Part shown: in pieces, positions 45,864 to 57,255 of the stretch
How the letters are laid out: each line of letters opens with the position of its first letter
How positions within the stretch are numbered: the stretch's first letter is position 1
Source: Candidatus Shapirobacteria bacterium
GTDB lineage: Bacteria > Patescibacteriota > Microgenomatia > UBA12405
DNA: 64,000 nt
Direction of reading: 5' to 3'
Assembly: GCA_028704885.1 (NCBI GenBank)
Contig: JAQWEN010000001.1
Coordinates: forward strand, 222,679 to 286,678
Program-made: the position numbers and the translations under genes
The notes under the pieces: generated by a model
What the model was told of the DNA's origin: nothing
Seen by the model: only the letters and a program-made list of their open reading frames with translations
Databases searched by the model: none

Positions 45864-46785
45864 TGGCAACAGTGGTGACAATATCCTGAACATTACAGCC
45901 GCGAGAAAGATCATTAATAGGTTTTCTGATACCTTGGGTAAGAGGCCCGTAAGCGTTGGCATTAGCAATTCTTTCAACTAATTTATAGGCAATGTTGCCG
46001 GAATTTAAATCGGGAAAAATTAGAATATTAGCTTGACCGCCAATACAATTACCAGGGAATTTACGATCGCAAATATGAGGAACTAAAGCAGCATCGCCTT
46101 GAAGTTCACCTTCGACAATTAAATCTGGTTGTTTTTGACGAATTAGGATAGTAGCCTCTCTGATTTTGTCGATAAACTCACCTTTGGCACTGTTGTTGGT
46201 GGAATAAGAAAGCATGGCGATTAGAGGAGTTTTTTGGGTGAGAAGTTTGAAACTAGCGGCGGTTTGAATGGCAATTTCCGATAAATCTTCTGCGGTTGGA
46301 TTAACATTTAAACCACAATCAGCAAAAAACAACAGTCCTTCTTCACCCAAACTTAAGTTTTTGGTTTCCATAATGAAAAAACTAGAAACTAATTTGGAAT
46401 CTTTGGCAGTTTTAATAATTTGAAGAGCAGGTCGAACGGTTTCAAGGGTGGTATGTTTGGCTCCGGCAACCATACCGTCGGCTAAACCAAGATGAACCAT
46501 TAAAGTGCCAAAATAAATAGGGTCTTTAACTAATTTATTAGCTTCGTCGATAGTCATAGCTTTTTCTTTTCTGAGTTCGAAAAGAGTTTGAGTTAATTGA
46601 TCAGCAAGAGTGGAAGTTTCCGGATTAATGTCACCATTTTTACCCAGAACTATGAGTTCAGCAATTTTTTGATCGCGAATGATTTTGGCAGCTTCAATAA
46701 CTCGATCATCGTCGCCTTCAGCCAAAATGATTTTTTTATAATTAATCTTGGCTTGGCTATAAATATTTTCAATAATAGGATTCAT
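45847..46785 (-). CDS. pta: Phosphate acetyltransferase
   Basis: FADCG, LSYS, GELQGDAA, GNIAYK, DLSRG. Confidence 0.95.
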   Translation of the reverse strand: MNPIIENIYSQAKINYKKIILAEGDDDRVIEAAKIIRDQKIAELIVLGKNGDINPETSTLADQLTQTLFELRKEKAMTIDEANKLVKDPIYFGTLMVHLGLADGMVAGAKHTTLETVRPALQIIKTAKDSKLVSSFFIMETKNLSLGEEGLLFFADCGLNVNPTAEDLSEIAIQTAASFKLLTQKTPLIAMLSYSTNNSAKGEFIDKIREATILIRQKQPDLIVEGELQGDAALVPHICDRKFPGNCIGGQANILIFPDLNSGNIAYKLVERIANANAYGPLTQGIRKPINDLSRGCNVQDIVTTVAITSIQ

Positions 46786-47275
46786 ATGGATAATCTATTT
46801 TAAGCTGAATCTATTTATATTCAATATATAAAATAATACCTTAAGATAGGCATATTATTAATATAGAAGGGGAATGCAGGGGAATTGGAGATCAGAATTT
46901 CGGTTTGTCAGATATCAGATTTCAGCTAAAACAAGACAATAATGAAGCTAAACTAATTAAATAAATTAAAGCTAAATTAGGTTCAAAAAAAGATAGTAGA
47001 CGAACAGGGCAGAGGGGAGTCCTATAATATACAACATCCTATAATATTTTCACGAATTATCCTATAGTTTTCACGGAGCAGGTGATACAGTGTGATATAG
47101 TCTCTGTGGAAAACTTGTATTCGGCCAAGTGTATCAAAATGAACTCATCAAGAGGGAGGAGTATGGGTTAATTAGACGTTAATTAATAATGAAGAATTAA
47201 TAATTAGATGAAAATATCAGAGGAGAGAGAAGAGTTTTAATTCCTATCTCCTAGCAGAAGGCGGTTCAATATGCT

Positions 47276-47303
47276 ATGTCGCACAATGTATCTTTTGCGA
47301 CTC
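47276..47303. other. dif-like Xer recombination site
   Basis: ATGTCGCACAA-TGTATC-TTTTGCGACTC: 11-6-11 layout with inverted arms, resembling E. coli dif GGTGCGCATAA-TGTATA; 360 bp upstream of the xer gene. Confidence 0.65.
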
Positions 47304-47664
47304 TATCTAAAGATTTAGGCAGGGGGAGTACCACTTTGGTGGATTAATTTTAAATTTTTAATTTACAATTTTTCTAACTTATTTTTATCTAATTATTCTT
47401 ATTTATTAATTATGGTTAAATTCCCCATTTGACTTCCCGGCTTATAAATTGTCTTATCAGTCTCAAATTCTAGGACTTGACTCCCCTATGCCTTTTTCGA
47501 ACAGGTGACTTTGATGTTTTTGCCTAAAGATAGGCAAATTGAACCTAAAACGTCACCAGAGGCCCTAGAAATGAAGATTGTATAATTGCCGATTACTTTT
47601 ACCTGTTGTTTATTAAATTAACTGTAAGGTCTTGGCAAAACTGACTATCATGATAAGATAGTTT

Positions 47665-48612
47665 ATGGAAAATGATTTAGACATTTTGATTAGACGATTT
47701 TTGGAACACCTAGAAATTGAAAGAAATTGTTCAAGATTAACAATTAGAAATTATCAACATTATTTAGATGTTTTAGTTCATTTCTTGTCAGAGGAAAATA
47801 AAGACAAGAAGTTAACAATAAATAATATAACTTCAGATGTAATAAGAAGGTTTAGACTATTTTTAGCCAGACAGAAGGGAAGTATCGGAGAAATGAAATT
47901 GGTAACTCAGGGTTATTATGTAATTGCTTTAAGATCGTTTTTAAAATGGTTAGTAAAGAATGATTATAAAGTACTGCAGCCGGAAAAATTAGATGTGCCA
48001 AGAACTAAGGATCATTCACTTAAATTTTTAGATGGGGATCAGATGGAGAGACTTTTAGTCCAACCACTCCCCTCTAGCAAAAGCGGTTTTAGAGACAGAG
48101 CAATTTTGGAACTTTTATTTTCAACTGGATTGCGGGTGTCGGAATTGGTTCGCTTGAATCGTGATCAAATTAATTTAAAAACTCGAGAGTTCGGAGTGAT
48201 TGGAAAAGGCGGAAGATCAAGAGTGGTCTTTATTTCTATTCAAGCAGCTGAACATGTCGCAAAATATTTGATGAGCCGGGAAGACAAATATAAACCCCTG
48301 TTTATAAGAAATCTAAGACCGAATGAAATTCCGGTTAGTGATGAAGCAGTAAGGTTAACGGCCAGATCAATTCAAAGATTAGTAAAACATTATGTAAAAA
48401 CGGCTAATTTGCCAGTGGAGGCAACACCACATACGTTAAGACATTCGATGGCGACTGATCTTCTTAGAGCTGGAGCAGATTTGAGATCGGTTCAAGAAAT
48501 TTTGGGTCATAAGAACATTGCCACGACTCAAATTTATACTCATGTAACCGATGCCAGATTACGTGAAATTCATAATAAATATCACAGTGGTAACAGAGGT
48601 GAGAATAAATAA
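47665..48612 (+). CDS. XerC/XerD-type tyrosine recombinase
   Basis: TGLRVSEL, GKGGRSR, HTLRH, LGH..TTQIY; SAM-like N-terminus. Confidence 0.93.
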   Translation: MENDLDILIRRFLEHLEIERNCSRLTIRNYQHYLDVLVHFLSEENKDKKLTINNITSDVIRRFRLFLARQKGSIGEMKLVTQGYYVIALRSFLKWLVKNDYKVLQPEKLDVPRTKDHSLKFLDGDQMERLLVQPLPSSKSGFRDRAILELLFSTGLRVSELVRLNRDQINLKTREFGVIGKGGRSRVVFISIQAAEHVAKYLMSREDKYKPLFIRNLRPNEIPVSDEAVRLTARSIQRLVKHYVKTANLPVEATPHTLRHSMATDLLRAGADLRSVQEILGHKNIATTQIYTHVTDARLREIHNKYHSGNRGENK

Positions 48613-48737
48613 AGCTTATACCCTATAGTGACGCCATTTTCCCAAAAAATAGTCCCCTATCCTGTTTTGATAAAATTTACTTTTGAATGATAGTTATTTA
48701 TCCCTAAATTAGGCCAAAAAATAAATTGTTGGGTAAT

Positions 48738-48764
48738 TTAGCACTCTTGTAATTTAACTGCTAA
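48738..48764. promoter_or_regulatory. CIRCE-like (HrcA operator) element
   Basis: TTAGCACTC-N9-AACTGCTAA; 16 of 18 arm bases match consensus. Confidence 0.6.
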
Positions 48765-48816
48765 TTGTTACTTATTGAATATGTACACCCTATAGTATCA
48801 CTATTAATCCCCTACT

Positions 48817-51471
48817 CTACTTAACTTTTTCGTCTTCTATGGTGGAATCGTTTTTATCGATAATAGTCATGGCACTTAATTTGTCATCAGTGGATTTAAA
48901 TCTCATAAGAATGACACCTTTAGTGTTGCGGCTAAGAGTTGGAATATTCTTTAAAGGTAATTTAATGGTGATGGCTTTTTTAGAAACTAAGACAACTTGG
49001 TCGTCAGTTTCAGAGACAACTTGAGCGGCAGCAATCTTACCATTTTTAGTACTGAGATTAGCGACCTTGATACCAATACCGCCTCTTTTTTGAGATGGGT
49101 AGAGATAGACATCAGTTCTTTTGCCGACACCATTTTCAGTGACAACTAAAAGATGTTTAAAGATACCTTTTTCTTTTTTATCAATAACACTAGGAACAAC
49201 ATCCATACCGACTAAAGTGTCGCCTTCTTTAAGAAGAATGCCGCGAACACCTCGAGTTTGGCGACCCATAGGTCGACAATCTTTTTCATCAAAGCGAATA
49301 CATTTGCCATTTTTAGTAACCATAAATACTTGATTGTCACCTTCGGTTAATTTGGCCCAGGTAAGTTGATCGTTAAGATCGAGTTTAATGGCGGCTAAAC
49401 CGGTTTGGCGAATATTCTTGAATTTATCTATGGAAGTTTTTTTAACGACTCCATTTTTAGTAGCGAGTAGAATAAATTTAGCTTTGGTATTTTTACCAAT
49501 TGGAAGGATAGTTTGGACAGTTTCACCTTGAACAATATTAATTAGATTAACAACAGCTTGACCTTTGGCTTGTCGGGTGCCTTCCTGGACATCCCAAACT
49601 TTGGTTTTGAAAACTCGGCCACGATTAGTGAAGAACAAAAGATCGTCGTGAGTATCAACCGAAAGCATACATTCAATTTCGTCTTCATTTTTAGTGGTCA
49701 TACCAACAACACCAACGCCGCCACGTTTTTGAGTGTGATAGGTTTCTTTGGCAACGCGTTTCATGTAACCAGTTTTGGTTAAAGCAACTAAAACAGCTTC
49801 ATTAGGAACTAAATCTTCTTCACTAAATTCTTCTAATCCACGGGCGTAAATTTTGGTTCTTCTATTATCACCATATTTTTCCATGATTTCATTATTTTCT
49901 TGTTTGAGAACAGCAGTCATGACTTCTGGTTTAGTAATAATATCAGTAAGATTGGCAATAGCTGTTTCTATTTCATTATATTCATCATCAAGTTTTTGTC
50001 TTTCAAGTCCAGAAAGTTTCTTAAGCTGCATTTCTAAAATAGCTTGGGCTTGTAGATCAGTAAATCCAAATTTTTCCATTAACTTACCTTTTGGATCTTC
50101 TTCTGGTTTGGTATTACGAATAGTTTTAATAACTTCTTCGATGAAATCAAGAGCTTTTTTAAGACCTTCTAAGATATGGGCACGCAATAAATCGCCTTTA
50201 AGATCATAAATACTGCGGCGGCGAATAACGTTTTCTCGATGACGTAAAAAAAGAAGTAACATCTGTCGTAAATTTAGAGTTTGAGGAACATTGTCGACTA
50301 AGGCCAACATATTGGCAGAATATGATGATTGAAGAGCGGTATATTTGTAAAGTTTATTTAAAATGGACTTTGGCTTACCTATTTTTTTAATTTCGACGAC
50401 AACTCGAATACCATGACGATCAGACTCATCACGAAGGTCGGAAATTCCAATGATTTTTTTATCACGAACTAAATCAGCAATTTTTTTAACTAATTCAGCT
50501 TTGTTTACTTGATATGGTAACTCAGTAATAATAATTCTGATTCGGCCGGATTTAGTTTCTTCAATATTAGTTTTGCCACGGACAATGAATTTACCACGAC
50601 CAGTGGAATACATTTCAATTATCCCGGTTTTTCCATAAATTTCACCAGCGGTTGGAAAATCTGGTCCTTGAACAAATTTAACTAAATCTTCAACAGTGGC
50701 ACTGGTTTCAAAATTAAAATGCTCTTTTGCTAATTCAAAAGCTGGTCTCAAAACCATTTCTTGAGTATTTTTAGGTGGAGCTAAAAAATTATTTAACTCT
50801 TCTTTGTTTTCGATTCTTTCTAATCGACTGTTGTTTAAAATAAAATCGATAGCTTGGCAAAGTTCTTTTAAGTTATGAGGAGGAATACGAGTAGCCATAC
50901 CGACAGCAATACCATCGGCGCCATTTAAAAGTAGAGTGGGAATTTTAGTTGGAAGAACGGATGGTTCTTTTTCGGTGGCATCGAAATTATCAACCATATC
51001 AACAGTTTCTTTGTTTATATCAGCCACTATTTCGGTAGTAATTTTATCTAATTTGACTTCGGTATAACGCATGGCGGCTGGAGGATCACCATCAATGGAA
51101 CCGAAATTTCCTTGGCCTTTAATAAGAGTGTAGCGAAGAGAAAAATCCTGAGCTAAACGAACAAGGGCGCCATACACAGACATATCACCATGGGGATGAT
51201 ATTTACCTAGAACATCACCAACAACTTTGGCTGATTTACAAGTTTTGCCGCCACTACCGAGACCCATTTTATCCATGTCAAAAATTATGCGGCGGTGGAC
51301 TGGTTTAAGGCCATCTCTAACATCAGGTAAGGCTCTAGAAACGATAACTGACATGGCATAGTCAAGATAAGAGGTTTCCATTTCGGGAACAATATCAACT
51401 TCCATAATTTTACCAATACTTGAATTAGTTCTTTTAATGTCAGTGACAATAGTATTTTTTTCTTCAGTCAT
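48817..51471 (-). CDS. gyrA: DNA gyrase subunit A
   Basis: [16 protein letters not shown], GyrA-box QKRGGVG. Confidence 0.97.
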   Translation of the reverse strand: MTEEKNTIVTDIKRTNSSIGKIMEVDIVPEMETSYLDYAMSVIVSRALPDVRDGLKPVHRRIIFDMDKMGLGSGGKTCKSAKVVGDVLGKYHPHGDMSVYGALVRLAQDFSLRYTLIKGQGNFGSIDGDPPAAMRYTEVKLDKITTEIVADINKETVDMVDNFDATEKEPSVLPTKIPTLLLNGADGIAVGMATRIPPHNLKELCQAIDFILNNSRLERIENKEELNNFLAPPKNTQEMVLRPAFELAKEHFNFETSATVEDLVKFVQGPDFPTAGEIYGKTGIIEMYSTGRGKFIVRGKTNIEETKSGRIRIIITELPYQVNKAELVKKIADLVRDKKIIGISDLRDESDRHGIRVVVEIKKIGKPKSILNKLYKYTALQSSYSANMLALVDNVPQTLNLRQMLLLFLRHRENVIRRRSIYDLKGDLLRAHILEGLKKALDFIEEVIKTIRNTKPEEDPKGKLMEKFGFTDLQAQAILEMQLKKLSGLERQKLDDEYNEIETAIANLTDIITKPEVMTAVLKQENNEIMEKYGDNRRTKIYARGLEEFSEEDLVPNEAVLVALTKTGYMKRVAKETYHTQKRGGVGVVGMTTKNEDEIECMLSVDTHDDLLFFTNRGRVFKTKVWDVQEGTRQAKGQAVVNLINIVQGETVQTILPIGKNTKAKFILLATKNGVVKKTSIDKFKNIRQTGLAAIKLDLNDQLTWAKLTEGDNQVFMVTKNGKCIRFDEKDCRPMGRQTRGVRGILLKEGDTLVGMDVVPSVIDKKEKGIFKHLLVVTENGVGKRTDVYLYPSQKRGGIGIKVANLSTKNGKIAAAQVVSETDDQVVLVSKKAITIKLPLKNIPTLSRNTKGVILMRFKSTDDKLSAMTIIDKNDSTIEDEKVK

Positions 51472-51477
51472 ATTAAA

Positions 51478-53430
<1,953 letters not shown>

Positions 53431-53533
53431 CTAGCAGAGCAAAATTAGGTTTACAATAAGCAAAATATTCGTATCTTTAGGATAAATATATTTATAAAAA
53501 AGGTTTAAAATACAGTGAAAATTATGCCCTATT

Positions 53534-54076
53534 TTAGGCATTTTTATGTGTTAATTTAGATACAACATCAAAACTTATGACAGAAGTGGCAACTAAGACG
53601 TTTAAAGATATATTTATCCCAAACATAGGTATTTCTACTACTTTATCGACCAAATTTAAAACATCTTTGGAAATTCCATAAGATTCACTGCCAGCAATAA
53701 TGGCAACTTTTGATTTATATTTGGCATCTAAGTAATTAATACTGTCTTTTGTTTGTTCACAAGCGATTATCTGATAACCATCTTTTTTTAATTGGGAAAT
53801 GCATTCTTTGGTGCTTTTATATTGTTCCCAAGGAACCCATTTCCAAGTGCCAATAGAAGCACGGTGGATTTTAATATTGGGAGGAGTAACAACTGGTCCA
53901 CAAAGACAGATTTTTTCAACAGCTAAAGCATCGGCTAGTCTAAAAAAAGAACCGATATTGTAAGTGTCGAGAACATTGTCGAGAACTAAAATAATGGGGT
54001 TACGTTTAATTTCCTTTTGTAATTTTTGAGAATCCCCTACTTTAGATTGGCGGATTTGATGAGAATTTAATTTCAT
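53534..54076 (-). CDS. TrmH/SpoU family RNA methyltransferase
   Basis: NIGSFFR, GSESYGI, IPMFG..SLNV. Confidence 0.9.
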   Translation of the reverse strand: MKLNSHQIRQSKVGDSQKLQKEIKRNPIILVLDNVLDTYNIGSFFRLADALAVEKICLCGPVVTPPNIKIHRASIGTWKWVPWEQYKSTKECISQLKKDGYQIIACEQTKDSINYLDAKYKSKVAIIAGSESYGISKDVLNLVDKVVEIPMFGINISLNVLVATSVISFDVVSKLTHKNA

Positions 54077-54093
54077 AGGTTATTTTAACAAAG

Positions 54094-54124
54094 AAAAACC
54101 CTCCACCGGTGGTAGAGGGTTTTT
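54094..54124 (-). terminator. Rho-independent terminator
   Basis: AAAAACCCTC...GAGGGTTTTT. Confidence 0.75.
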
Positions 54125-54138
54125 AATTATTTACAAAA

Positions 54139-55176
54139 TTAATTGCAATTAGCAGCAGGAGCAGCCCCACTGTCAGCGGCTGCAGCAGCATTTGGATCTT
54201 CAAGAACGGTTTTACATTCTTTTGGAGCTTTATTGAAAGCACTACAAAGAGCTTCTTTAATAACGTCTGGAGTTCTGGTTTGACTTAAACTGAAGACTTT
54301 ATTACCGATTTTAAGATTTTGATCAGTTGAAGTTGAATCCACTTCAGGAGGGAAAACTTGATCACCAATCATTAGGGATGGTGAACCTTGGATTTTGTAT
54401 TTAGTAGTATCAGCAATTTCTTTTTCAATTAGGCTGGCAGCATCTTTATTGAAACATTCTTTAATTTTATTGGTGTCATAACCAGCTTTTTGGGCTTGTT
54501 CTTCCCAACATGTGTCGGCATTTTTGGAAGTACAATTATCATTGACATTTTTGACGAAATCCCACCAAAGTTTTTTATCTTCAGTAAGGTTATAGGCACA
54601 AATTTCGCGAACATCTTGATTAGCTTCGATTCGACCGTGAAGGGATGAATAAAGATTATTACCTATTTTTAAATATTTGCTTTCATCGTTACAGCTTTTG
54701 ACCATGGCAGCGATTTGATTTTGACAGTCAGCCTTATCTTTAAGTTGGCCACCACTGTTTTTGACATAAGTATCACATTGAGCAGGATCTGGACTACTGG
54801 TTTTACAATAAGCGGCTAAATTGCCTTCAATTTTTTCAAAAATATAACGAGGTTTAATTTCAACTTTATTACCAAGAAGATCGAAAATTGGTCTTAAGGT
54901 AGTTTCCATTTGATTACCGTATGGACAAAAACTCATAACATAGAAATCTAATTGAGGTTTATTAGCTTTGGTGGCGGCAAAAACATTTTTGGAAGTTAGT
55001 TTGGCAGTGTCAGAACCAGCTATTTTAAGTTTAATTTTCATTAAAACAACTCCAGCTGCAAGTGAGGCACCGGCTAATAATAAGGAAAAAATAATAGCGG
55101 CAACGAGAGAGACTTGAATAGTTTTTCTTGCTGGAAGAAGTTCGTTTTTTTCTTTTTTAATTATTTTTTTTGGCAT
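54139..55176 (-). CDS. Membrane-anchored thioredoxin/DsbA-fold protein, Cys-rich
   Basis: N-terminal TM; MSFCPYG, SLHG..E and GSP cis-Pro motif. Confidence 0.7.
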   Translation of the reverse strand: MPKKIIKKEKNELLPARKTIQVSLVAAIIFSLLLAGASLAAGVVLMKIKLKIAGSDTAKLTSKNVFAATKANKPQLDFYVMSFCPYGNQMETTLRPIFDLLGNKVEIKPRYIFEKIEGNLAAYCKTSSPDPAQCDTYVKNSGGQLKDKADCQNQIAAMVKSCNDESKYLKIGNNLYSSLHGRIEANQDVREICAYNLTEDKKLWWDFVKNVNDNCTSKNADTCWEEQAQKAGYDTNKIKECFNKDAASLIEKEIADTTKYKIQGSPSLMIGDQVFPPEVDSTSTDQNLKIGNKVFSLSQTRTPDVIKEALCSAFNKAPKECKTVLEDPNAAAAADSGAAPAANCN

Positions 55177-55190
55177 ATTTTTATAAATTA

Positions 55191-55385
55191 TTAATTTTCT
55201 TCAATAGTAATTGCCCCAACTGGACAAGCTTCGACTGCTGATTTAACAGCGTCAGTAATTTTTTCTGGTTGTTTTTTTACTTTAGCTTTGTAGGTAGTAG
55301 TATCCATCTCAAAAGTTTCTGGGTCCATTAAAGGACAAGTATTACAACCAATACATTTGTTTTGATCAAGTATTATTTTAGACAT
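55191..55385 (-). CDS. Ferredoxin (single cluster)
   Basis: CIGCNTC...ACPVGAI. Confidence 0.9.
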   Translation of the reverse strand: MSKIILDQNKCIGCNTCPLMDPETFEMDTTTYKAKVKKQPEKITDAVKSAVEACPVGAITIEEN

Positions 55386-55448
55386 GCTTTTATATTACTT
55401 GATTTGATTCTGATGTCAATATTAATTTAATTGATATAATATGATTCT

Positions 55449-56438
55449 ATGGAAGTTAAGTCGCAAATTAGTAATTTGAAAAATCATCAGATTTTTTTGG
55501 AGACAAAAAGGTTAATTGATGTTTTTTTACAAAAAAAAGCTTTTATAAAAGTAGATACTCCCCTACTTTCGCCCAAATTAATTCCAGAGTCATATTTGGA
55601 AATTTTTGAGACAGAAAATTTATATTCTGATAATAAAGAGAAGTTATATTTGATCCCTTCACCGGAATTATTTTTAAAGAGATTGATCGTTAAGGGAATT
55701 GGTAATTGTTATTCATTGGGAAAATCTTTTCGAAATAATGAGCCGGTAGAGAAAAAACATTCCTATGAATTTACAATGTTAGAGTTTTATCGAGTAAATG
55801 CAGATTATTTTGATATTGCGGAAGATGTAATGAATTTAATTAGATTTATAACTAAAGAATTATTTGGAAAAGAAATTATTAATTATCAAGGAAAGATTAT
55901 TGATTTGGGAAAATTTGAAAAAATTACTGTGGCCGAGGCTTTTAAAAAATATGCCGAAATAACGGATATTTTTGATCATAAAGAATTTTTTAAACAGGCA
56001 AAAGAAAAAGGTTATCGAGTGGAAAATATGGATTATACCGATGTCTGGTCGCAAATTTATGGAATAGAAGTGGAGCCAAATTTGGGAAAAAATGGCTTAG
56101 TAACTTTTATTTATGAATATCCACCTGAGTTAGCGGCCATTATTAAAATTAATGAGAAAAATATTGCCGAAAGATTTGAATTTTATATAGAAGGAATTGA
56201 AATGGGTAATTGCGGTAACGAAGGAGTAATTATCGAAGAATATAAAAAAAGATTTGAAAAAGATATTGATATTCGGCAAAAACTGGGGTTAATAAATTAC
56301 AAAGTAGATGATGAATTTATTGAGATTTTGGAAAAATTACCAAAATGTGCCGGAATTGCAATTGGAGTGGACAGATTGGCAATGATTTTTGCTGATGTAA
56401 AAAGTATTAACGATTTAAAATTAATTACAATTGAATAA
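55449..56438 (+). CDS. epmA: EF-P lysine aminoacylase EpmA-like
   Basis: SPELFLKRL, FRNNE, EFTMLEFY, ERFE, GIAIGVDRL; no anticodon domain; paired with KamA. Confidence 0.85.
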   Translation: MEVKSQISNLKNHQIFLETKRLIDVFLQKKAFIKVDTPLLSPKLIPESYLEIFETENLYSDNKEKLYLIPSPELFLKRLIVKGIGNCYSLGKSFRNNEPVEKKHSYEFTMLEFYRVNADYFDIAEDVMNLIRFITKELFGKEIINYQGKIIDLGKFEKITVAEAFKKYAEITDIFDHKEFFKQAKEKGYRVENMDYTDVWSQIYGIEVEPNLGKNGLVTFIYEYPPELAAIIKINEKNIAERFEFYIEGIEMGNCGNEGVIIEEYKKRFEKDIDIRQKLGLINYKVDDEFIEILEKLPKCAGIAIGVDRLAMIFADVKSINDLKLITIE

Positions 56439-56439
56439 A

Positions 56440-57255
56440 ATGAAAGATATTTTTTTTGAAGACAAAGTAACTCCAGTTAAAGGTTTGATCAGAAGATATC
56501 ATGCTAGAGTTTTGGTTGAATTGACAATGAAATGTCCAATTGATTGCGAATTTTGCTTTAGAAAATGGAAAAAGGAAGAAAATAGGGAAACTTTGACTAA
56601 AAATGAAGCGGATAAAATTGTGGAATATATTTCTAAAAATAAAGAGATTACAGAAGTAATTTTTTCTGGTGGTGAACCTTTGATGGCGGTGGGCTTAATG
56701 GAATATTTAATTAAAAAATTAAAAGTTTTAGATCAAATAAAAATTTTTAGAATTCATAGTCGAGCAGTGGTGACCGCTCCCCTGCTGGTTTCGGAAAAAT
56801 TTTTGAAAATTTTAAAAGGAAAATATAAACAGATAATTTATCTTTCAATTCACATCAACAGTGATAAAGAATTAAACTCAGAAGTGGAATTAGCTATTGA
56901 AAAGATCCGAAAAACTGGGGTAATTTTATATTCTCAATCAGTGTTTCTGAAAGGAATTAATGATTCAGTTGAAGTTTTAGAAGAACTATTTTCCAGATTA
57001 ATTGAAATTGGAGTTAGACCTTACAATATTTATCAATGTAATAAAATTGAAGGTATTGAACATTTTATAGTGCCATTAAAAAAAGAAAGAGAGATTATAA
57101 CAGAACTAAGAAAAAGAATTTCCGGTTTAGCCTGTCCGACTTTGATTTTTGATGTTCCAGAAAATGCTAATAAAATTCCAGTGTCATTGGATTTTTGGGA
57201 GGACAAAAAAACAATAATTGATTTTAATGGAAAGAAGTTTTTGATCGACGAATAA
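56440..57255 (+). CDS. epmB: KamA/EpmB lysine 2,3-aminomutase-like radical SAM protein
   Basis: CPIDCEFC, SGGEPL, QSVFLKGIND, KIPV. Confidence 0.75.
   Translation: MKDIFFEDKVTPVKGLIRRYHARVLVELTMKCPIDCEFCFRKWKKEENRETLTKNEADKIVEYISKNKEITEVIFSGGEPLMAVGLMEYLIKKLKVLDQIKIFRIHSRAVVTAPLLVSEKFLKILKGKYKQIIYLSIHINSDKELNSEVELAIEKIRKTGVILYSQSVFLKGINDSVEVLEELFSRLIEIGVRPYNIYQCNKIEGIEHFIVPLKKEREIITELRKRISGLACPTLIFDVPENANKIPVSLDFWEDKKTIIDFNGKKFLIDE

Noticed and set aside
47047-47075. parS-like TTTCACG
   Set aside because: Half-sites only; no 16-bp palindrome
47011-47445. Possible RNase P RNA (GAGGGGAGTCC ... CCCGGCTTAT)
   Set aside because: The two segments cannot form the P4 helix, and the GAGGAAAGTCC and ACAGAA consensus motifs are not met
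46786-47664. Firm call of oriC or terminus
   Set aside because: Only two 8/9 DnaA-box matches, no dnaA or dnaN nearby and no evident codon-bias switch; kept only as a hypothesis
47665-48612. Xer gene as a prophage or island integrase
   Set aside because: XerC/D-type length and motifs, housekeeping neighbours, no phage or cargo genes
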